Source: Neovahlkampfia damariscottae (lineage: Eukaryota). Taken from it: a DNA stretch of 56,280 nt. The position numbers and the translations under genes are program-made. How positions within the stretch are numbered: the first letter of the stretch is position 1; every line of letters begins with the position of its first letter. The stretch lies in assembly GCA_016618085.1 (NCBI GenBank), contig JABLTG010000134.1:1-56280 (forward strand). The letters are read 5' to 3'. Shown here piece after piece: positions 48,500 through 56,280 of this stretch. A model generated the notes under the pieces. The model did no database searches. It was not told the DNA's origin and saw nothing but the letters and a program-made list of their open reading frames with translations.

Positions 48500-51152
48500 T
48501 TATTCACAAGACCAAATAAATTCAAAAGAATCATTCATTTTGACATTAAAATCAAAAATATTCAAAATTCTTGTGTTTGTGTCATATTTAAAATTTTTGA
48601 AAATTTGACCATTAAAATTCATTTGACAAACATTTTGAGCTCCATAAATTGAAATGGTTTTTAATTGTAAATTTGAAACATCATATCCTTTATGTTCAAA
48701 ATGATTTCTTAAAGTTCCAGGTGAAAGTGAATAATGAATCAATGTATATTTCTTTGATGAAATAGAATCCAATGATTCTCCATCATCCATATACAAATCA
48801 CCTTTCGCAGTTAAAGCACCATCAGAAGCAACTATTAAATGAAATGGATTTCTTCTTGATTCTGTAGTTGTCATTGATGGTTCTTGTTTTGGTACAATAT
48901 ATCCACCTCTAATATGAACTGGAATATGATTTAAAGGTGCTGGAATATGTTGAAATCTTCCTGTATTCATTACTTCAATACCTGTTTCAAAATCATACCA
49001 AACATTAGCATATCCTTCAGTTGGGAAATAAGCATAAACAGATCTAGCTCCTTTTTCAAGTACAGGAGAAACTAATAATGCAGGTCCAACCATGAATTGT
49101 CTATCAAGATAATTGATATTTTTTGATTGATCAAATGGAAATTCAAATGGTAATGAACGAATAACTTCACCTCCTTTTACATGTGAATTATAAAATTGTG
49201 TATAAAAATAAGGTAAAATTGAATATCTGTTTAAAATAGCTTTTCTACTTGCATCAATTAATTCTTGTCCAAATAACCAAGGTTCTTGTGCAATTGATTC
49301 ATTCATATTATGATTTCTTGAGAATGGATAAAAAGATCCTAATTGATACCATCTAATACATAATTCTGCATTTGTATCATCAAAGAAACCACAAATATCA
49401 GCACCTACCATTGGTATTCCAAAAATATTCATATCAAGCATTCCAGAAATTGAATAGAATAAATCTTTCCAATTACTTTTATTATCACCAAGCCATTTAC
49501 CACTATAATGACCTGTTCCTGAATAAGATGATCTTGTAATGATTAAAGATCTTTTGTTGTATAATTTATCTAATGCTTTTCTTGTTGCAACATTTTCGTA
49601 ATGACCATATAAATCATGTGTATTATATTCAGTTGATAAAGATGTTTTGGAATCCATATAAATAGTTTTTTCGTAAATTTTTTCTCCACCAGGCATATAA
49701 GGTGGATTGTTTGGATCAAAATCATTCTTTTTTGTTGAAATTGATCTTTTCTTAGTTTTACATTCACCATCACAAAATCCAACAATTTCACTTTTAGAAA
49801 ATTAGATATATTCAAAACATACTTCATATCAAGCCATAAACCATCAAATGGAAGTTTTTGATGAAATTCTCTAATGTATTTTTCCCAGTATTTTCCAGTT
49901 TTTTCGAATAACGTAAAATCTGGGAATACTGTTAAACCAGGCCAAACTCTATTGACAATTGGTGAAACACCATCTTTTTTTGTAATGTATAATTTTTGTT
50001 CCAATCCATCTTCATACATTTTATAACCTTTTTCTGTTTTCACACCTGGATCAACAATCATCATATATTTTTGATTATTTTGATGTAATTTTGAAATTAA
50101 AGCTTTAACTTTATGTTCTGGATAATTAATAGGGTCTAAAGTGAAAAGTTTGAATTTATCCATATAATCGATATCGTTCCACATAACTTCCAATGGGATT
50201 TTATGTTTTTTATATCCTTCAACAACTGCAGCTGTTTCATCAATGTTTTTATAACCCCATCTATGATTGGTTAAAATTAAAAATTCATTTACCTTGTGTG
50301 ATGGAAACCAAGAGACCAATATGGAATCATGACAGGTTTTCCTATAACCTCATGATATTGTTTAACAACATCTTGTGGTAAAGAACCAGTGAAAACGTAA
50401 ATATTGAGTATTCCACCAATAGTTCTGTAATGAAGTTTTTTTGGTTTGATATTGACTTCCATTGCATTCGTATTTGAAAAGAAAACACCATGAGCTGTTG
50501 TAGCTTCAGCTAATCCACGCTTTTGAACATAAAAAGGATGTGTTCCATAAAGATTTTTCATTTCAACTGTAAAAGCATCTTTGTTAAACATAACATAAGT
50601 TTTGTCTTTTGGATCATTTCTAAAGTTATGTACTCTTTCACCTAATCCATAAATATTTGGATTTTCGTCAATTAAATTTGTTCCAATTTCTAAATAGTAT
50701 TTTGAATAAACGAATGGTAAGTTTCTAGTATCAAAAATAACTTCTTCGTTTGATAATCTGGTAATTACAATTGCAAAAGGATCTTTGATTTCTACTTTAT
50801 AATCTAAATCTTTTGGTGAATGTTCAGGTGTTTTTGATTTTATCATATTAGCAGGAACTAAAAAGAGTTTTTTGAATTTTTAATTTTTTTTTTTACCTTC
50901 CCAACGTTTTTCATTTTTGTCTGTAATTTTGACTCTAACACGATTTTTTGTTTCAAAGAAAACTTGTAAAAATAAATTTTTGATGTCATTTCCATAAGGT
51001 CCGCTTCCACTGGCTAATGTTAAATCTGCAGAAAGACCATTGTTTGTATTTCTGAGGTTTGTAACTTTATAAGAAGGAGATTTTAATTTGGTCAACTTTT
51101 GAGAACCAAATGTGAAGACTATTAACACAAACAATAGAAAAACTTTCAACAT
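48500..51152 (-). CDS. GH31 lysosomal alpha-glucosidase
   Basis: Signal peptide, YGLGE, YGTHPFY, PYWSLGFH, WNDIDYM, GLWLDM|NE nucleophile, WLGDN acid/base, GADICGF, FYPFSRNH. Confidence 0.93.
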
Positions 51153-51292
51153 TTTGGAAACTGTTAACCAATCAACGAAATTAGATCTTAAATTGGAATT
51201 TTTCCTTTCTGGATTTTTAGTATTATTTCAACTGAGATTGTTTTGTGATAAATTGAAAAAAAAACACCGAGAACATTTTGGCCAATCGAAGA

Positions 51293-52132
51293 ATGTTTTT
51301 GGATGTAGAGCATGAGGCTGGTTTCGAAATAAAACAAAATGAAATTGATGGAAATCAACATTTGAACAATGTTTATTTTTTAATATTTCAAAAGGAGGCA
51401 AGTATTCGATTGTTAAATCAATATGAAAAAGATTTAACAAAATTTATTCCATTTAAGTCTCTAGATGAATTGAAGCTTTTCAAATCAAGTTGTAAATTCC
51501 TTAGACAGTGCTTTTATCTTGATAAATTAATAGTCAAAACTAAAATGAAAATTGAAAAAGATTCCGTTCATTTTCAACATCAAATGGTGAAGAAAAGTTA
51601 ATTCTAACTGTTTTAGTTTTCACAAGATACTTTGTGTTCCGTTGGATTGGACATTTTTACCTGCAAAAAAGTAGAGAAAAAAATGAAAATTGAATCGAAT
51701 TTTTGGTTTTTGAATATTGAAAAAACAGTTTTGTGGTCCGATTGTGATTCAACAAAGGTTCTGAGTGAAGAAACTATTTATAGTAAACTAAATTAAATGC
51801 ACTGATATTTGAAAGGATGGTTTCAGGATTATGCGAGAGTTCAATTTTTTATGGAATATTCTCTTCCTGAAAAATATGTTCTGGGGAAATCTGGATTCAC
51901 TTTCTATGAATTTCCAAAATTGAACACAAAAATTATGCTGAAAGGAAGATTTCAAGAAGTTGAAGATGGTTATCTCCTGCAAGAATATCAAATTACAAAC
52001 AAAGATGGAGAAATTTTAGTCAAAGGAGATGGAAAAATTGTTCCATTTGACTTCAAATCTCAGAAAAAGAGCCAAATATCTCAAGAATCAAAAGACAAAA
52101 TGAAAAAAATAAAAAAAATCTCAAAATTGTGA
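51293..52132 (+). CDS. Double hot-dog acyl-CoA thioesterase-like protein
   Basis: EIDGNQHLNNVYF resembles the D..GHVNN..Y thioesterase motif; a second hot-dog segment (WFQDYARV...IVPFD) follows introns. Confidence 0.55.
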
Positions 52133-52239
52133 GAATAAAGATTCAAAAACATAGTTGTGCTTAATCAACGAAAAGAGTCTGAGGAATCTGCTGAAAACAT
52201 TAATGGCAAAAATGATGAATCTGAATAAAACATCAATAC

Positions 52240-52245
52240 AAAAAA
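52240..52245 (-). terminator. Pol III oligo-T terminator of the tRNA
   Basis: T6 run 3 nt after the discriminator base. Confidence 0.7.
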
Positions 52246-52248
52246 TGA

Positions 52249-52321
52249 TGCTCGATACAGGGATCGAACCTGTGACCAATGGCTTATTAGACCAACGCTC
52301 TACCGACTGAGCTAACCGAGC
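52249..52321 (-). tRNA. tRNA-Ile(AAT)
   Basis: GCTCGGT TA GCTC AGTCGGTA GAGC G TTGGT CT-AAT-AA GCCAT TGGTC ACAGG TTCGATC CCTGT ATCGAGC A forms a cloverleaf; no intron. Confidence 0.93.
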
Positions 52322-52557
52322 TGATTATGTCTAAAATTACATCAAGTATTTGCAAAATACGAAATATTTATTTCTTCAAACATATTTTTGGATTTCCTCT
52401 GGGAAACATGGAAAAAGCTGAATATGAAAGAAAATTGAGATCACACTTTTCTGGTCAATGAACCATTGCCCGATTTCTTGGTTTTTTGACTAAGAGACAT
52501 ACGTCATGAGGTGATTCAAACGCTTTGGAAAACAACTTTGAAAAAGACAATATTTAT

Positions 52558-54320
52558 TTAAATTTGACAAGAAATTTCTCCTAGTTTTTTTGTCAAAAGA
52601 GGATTTTCTCTGTAATCAATAGGCAATGAAAGAAGAACAGGTTTCGTTTGATTCAACGCTTTTTCTAAAGTTGGTTCAAAGTCTTTGCTGTTTTCAACAT
52701 GATATCCAACCCATCCAAAAGCCTCAGCTAATTTTATGAAATCAGGATTATTGAACGCTAAATTTGTATGTTTTCCAAATTCTGTATCTTGTTTCCATTC
52801 AATCAAACCATAGCCACCATCAACCCAAACAATCACTACAATATTTGCACCAACACGACTTGCAGTTTCCATTTCTTGAACATTCATTAAAAATCCACCA
52901 TCACCACAAATCGCAACAACTTTTCTATCTGGAAATGCTATTTTAGCTCCAATTGCCCCTGGAAGTGCGAAACCCATTGAACAAAATCCATTAGAAATTA
53001 AACAAGTATTTGGATCATGACATTGATAATATCTTGCGATCCACATTTTATGAGCTCCAACATCTGACAATAATATATCTGAAGGTCCCAATAATTTTCT
53101 CACATCATAAAGTACTTTTTGTGGTTTAATTGTTCCCTTTGTATCATCATCTTTGTATTCATTAAAATCTTTGATTAATGATTCTCTGATTTTCTTTATA
53201 CTCGGTAATTCAAATTTGATTTTTTCTTTTGCTTGCCATTCATTCATCATCCACAAAGTATGCCCTAAATCTCCAACGATTTCAATTTTTGTTGAATAAA
53301 ATTCATCAATTTCAGCTTCATCAAAGTCAATATGAACAATTCTTCTTTCCTTTTTTCCATTCCAAAGATGAGGATGATATTCTACTAAATCATAACCAAT
53401 ACAAATAATTAAATCACATTCATCAAGATAATGAGCAGTATAATCCTTTGCTGAAAGTCCTATTGTAAACAAGCATTGTGGATCATCCATATCTAAACAA
53501 CCTTTTGCCATAAATGTATTGATACATCCAATTCCAGATGATTTACAAAATGCTCTCAATTGTTTTGAAGCTCTTTTTCTGACACATCCATTACCAGCAA
53601 GTATAACAGGTTGCTTTGCTTTCTTCAGAACATCAAAGAACTTTCCCATAATTTTATCGTCTGGAACAGGTCTTCTAATTTTTTCATTTTGAAGAGGAAC
53701 TAGTTTTCCTTTGTAATTTTCAATTAATTCACCTGCTATATCTTCTGATAGTTCAATATGAGTTGCTCCTGGTTTTTCTTGTGTGGCAACTTTAAATGCT
53801 TTTCTAACCACTTCAGGGATGTTTTTGAAGGTTCTGATCGGTTGATTCCATTTTGTAATTGGTTTAAACATAGCTACAACATCCATTATTTGATGACTTT
53901 CTTTGTGAATTCTTGTTGTTGCTCCTTGTCCTGTAATTACTACAATTGGTGCTCTATCCATATCTAAAAGGTTAACAATCAATTATTTCAAACTCGCATC
54001 GGCAACTCCTGTGGTTAAATTTGTGGCTCCAGGTCCCAAGGTACCAAGACATACTTTAAAGCAATTTAAAAAAATTTAAAAAAACCTGATGCTTCTCCAG
54101 TCAATCTTCCAAAAGCATCGCACATAAATGCAGCGCCTTGTTCATGACGAGTAAGAATAAACTTAATTTTATCAGTTTTTTCAAGTGATATCATAAAGTC
54201 CGCGTTTTCTTCACCTGGTACTCCAAATACATATTTTACTCCTTCATTAATCAAACATTCAACAAAAAGGTCTGATGCAGTGTATCCTTTAACATGAGAT
54301 TCTCTTTTATGTTCACTCAT
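52558..54320 (-). CDS. ThDP-dependent acetolactate-synthase-like enzyme, closest in motifs to cyanobacterial-type 2-oxoglutarate decarboxylase
   Basis: PGEEN, RHEQGAAFM, TLGPGATN, HKESHQ, SDVGAHKMW.AR.Y, NTCLISNGF, GDGGFLMN.QE.ET, GYGLI.WKQ, DY.EN. Introns 54054-54085 and 53964-53993. Confidence 0.85.
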
Positions 54321-54447
54321 TTTTTCAAAATTGCTTCATTGGATCAATAATCCGCATTTATTGTTATTGGACAAGGAAAAGAATAAAATGTGATTGGAGA
54401 TTGACTCCGATCAATATTCATTGGCGGATTACCCTTCAACAAAAACA

Positions 54448-55908
54448 ATGAACAAAAGACCTTCAGATTTTAAACTCCGTGAAAATTATCCGTATTATTT
54501 AGCTGGGAAGCCAGTATTTGCAAACAAACATTTACAAGTCACTGATAAATATACAAACGAAGTGGCAACTTTTGTTGCTCAAGCAGACTCAAAAGTAATT
54601 GATGAAGCCATTGAAAAAGCTAAAAATTCACAAAAAGAATTGAATAAAATGGCAAGTTATGAAAGAAGAGATATTCTCAATTATGTTGTTGAACAAGTTA
54701 AAAAAAGATTTGATGAATTTGCTTTTAGTCTTGCCATTGAAGCAGGAAAACCTTTAAAAGATGCCAAAGGAGAAGTTAATCGCCTTATTGATACATTCCA
54801 AATCGCAGCTGAAGAATCTGTCAGAATTTATGGAGAATATTCAAAATTAGATATTTCTGATCGAACAGTTGGTATGGAAATGATTACAAAGAGATTCCCA
54901 ATTGGACCTATTTCAATGATCAGTCCTTTTAATTTTCCTTTGAATTTAGCAGCTCATAAAATTGCTCCTGCCATTGCCGCTGGTTGCACTTGGGTGATGA
55001 AACCTGCATCTAGAACACCAATTGGAGCTCTTTTGATTGCAGAAATATTAAGTGAAACTAAATTACCTGCTGATTCGTTTAGTGTTTTACCTGTAGATAG
55101 AAAAGGAGCAGATTTATTCACAACAGATGATAGATTTAAACTATTGAGTTTCACAGGTTCTCCAGATGTTGGTTGGGAATTAAAAAAAAATTCAGGAAAA
55201 AAAAAAGTTGTCTTAGAATTGGGAGGAAATGCTGCTTGTATTGTAGATAGAGATGCGAATTTAGATTATGTTACTGATAGAATAATTGTTGGAGCTTTTT
55301 ATCAATCAGGACAATCTTGTATTTCAGTTCAAAGAGTGATCATTCATGAAGAGATTTATGATACTTTGAAAACCAAATTAGTTGAAAAAACGAAAACTTT
55401 GAAAAAGGGTGATCCATTAGATATTGAAACATTTATAGGACCAATGATCTCTGAAGGTGAAGCAAAGAGATGTGAAAGTTGGACACAAGAAGCACTTGAA
55501 AAAGGTGCAACATTACTTGTTGGAGGTAAAAGAGAAGGTGTAATGTTTGATGCTACAATACTTGAAAATGTTGATACGAATTCAAAAGTATATGCTGAAG
55601 AAGTATTTGGTCCAATTTTTGTGATTGAAAAATTTTCAGATTTCAAGAAAGCTGTTGAAACTGTAAATGACTCAAAGTTCGGTCTTCAAGCAGGTGTTTT
55701 CTCTTCAAATATTGATAAATGTTTCTATGCTTTTAACAACATTGATGTAGGTGGAGTTGTTATAAATGATGTTCCTTCAATTAGGGTTGATTCTCAACCA
55801 TATGGAGGTGTAAAGGACAGTGGTTTGGGAAGAGAAGGGTTAAAATATGCTATTGAAGATATGACTGAAATCAGAGCCATGTTACTGAAAAAGGTTGGTG
55901 ATTTTTGA
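54448..55908 (+). CDS. Aldehyde dehydrogenase, ALDH21-like / bacterial type (candidate succinate-semialdehyde dehydrogenase)
   Basis: YPYYLA...VTDKYT.EVA N-terminus, SPFNFPLNL, KPAS, FTGS, LELGGN (Glu), SGQSCIS (Cys), EEVFGP, PYGGVKDSG.GREG. Intronless. Confidence 0.88.
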   Translation: MNKRPSDFKLRENYPYYLAGKPVFANKHLQVTDKYTNEVATFVAQADSKVIDEAIEKAKNSQKELNKMASYERRDILNYVVEQVKKRFDEFAFSLAIEAGKPLKDAKGEVNRLIDTFQIAAEESVRIYGEYSKLDISDRTVGMEMITKRFPIGPISMISPFNFPLNLAAHKIAPAIAAGCTWVMKPASRTPIGALLIAEILSETKLPADSFSVLPVDRKGADLFTTDDRFKLLSFTGSPDVGWELKKNSGKKKVVLELGGNAACIVDRDANLDYVTDRIIVGAFYQSGQSCISVQRVIIHEEIYDTLKTKLVEKTKTLKKGDPLDIETFIGPMISEGEAKRCESWTQEALEKGATLLVGGKREGVMFDATILENVDTNSKVYAEEVFGPIFVIEKFSDFKKAVETVNDSKFGLQAGVFSSNIDKCFYAFNNIDVGGVVINDVPSIRVDSQPYGGVKDSGLGREGLKYAIEDMTEIRAMLLKKVGDF

Positions 55909-55973
55909 GAATAAACTTTTAAGTACTGAAAAATAAAAGGTATTCCAGTTATTTTTTTGAATGATAGGTTTAT

Positions 55974-56280
55974 TTATAACAATTCAATGATGGTATCATT
56001 TCCATTGTATTTTGGTAAATCCAATTCTTCACTCATTTTTCTGTTTTGTGTTAGAAATTGTAACACTTACTTTGGAACGAATCTACCTCCAAGAAAATGC
56101 CTTCCCTTAAAATATTTTGCGCATAACTTTGGTGCAGTGAGTGAGATTAATACATCTGGATCCCGAATACAACCTTGTTGTGGACCTTCTTCGATATTCC
56201 AGCCACTAGGAACATCCACAGATAAAATTGGTAAATTGCTTTTGGACAATACATTTAAAATTGAATCAAATGGAGCTCTA
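55974..56280 (-). CDS. NAXE: 3' part of NAD(P)H-hydrate epimerase (YjeF_N)
   Basis: [28 protein letters not shown]. Continues beyond the window. Confidence 0.88.

Noticed and set aside
52558..55908. Bacterial contamination explaining the ALS-like/ALDH pair
   Set aside because: The ThDP gene has host-type tiny introns, and AT content, CCAAT and AATAAA signals match the flanking eukaryotic genes.

Overview
AT-rich, very compact eukaryotic nuclear DNA from a protist. Tiny 25-45 nt GT-AG introns, RGS and Crinkler-like genes and short spacers suggest a heterolobosean/discoban amoeba, which is inference only. The window holds about 35 mostly intron-containing protein genes (including SIRT2-like, TDH, Maf, NOG2, UPF1, MTO1, MRS2, UTP14, SKI3, CCDC12, a GH31 glucosidase and NAXE) and one tRNA-Ile(AAT). 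Three things stand out. (1) The NMD helicase UPF1 is interrupted by two full-length inteins with PI-SceI/HO-type LAGLIDADG homing endonucleases, inserted at two similar I-L-x|C-x-x-S-N sites; one carries an extra NLS and an HTH-like insert. (2) A secreted, membrane-anchored protein of about 1660 aa is built of ten Cu/Zn-SOD domains in alternating A/B pairs. (3) A head-to-head pair of bacterial-type genes, a 2-oxoglutarate decarboxylase-like ThDP enzyme and an ALDH21/SSADH-like dehydrogenase, could encode a TCA-cycle bypass. Across the window, a CCAATCA element sits next to most start codons and AATAAA overlaps most stop codons. Family assignments are from recalled motifs, not database searches.
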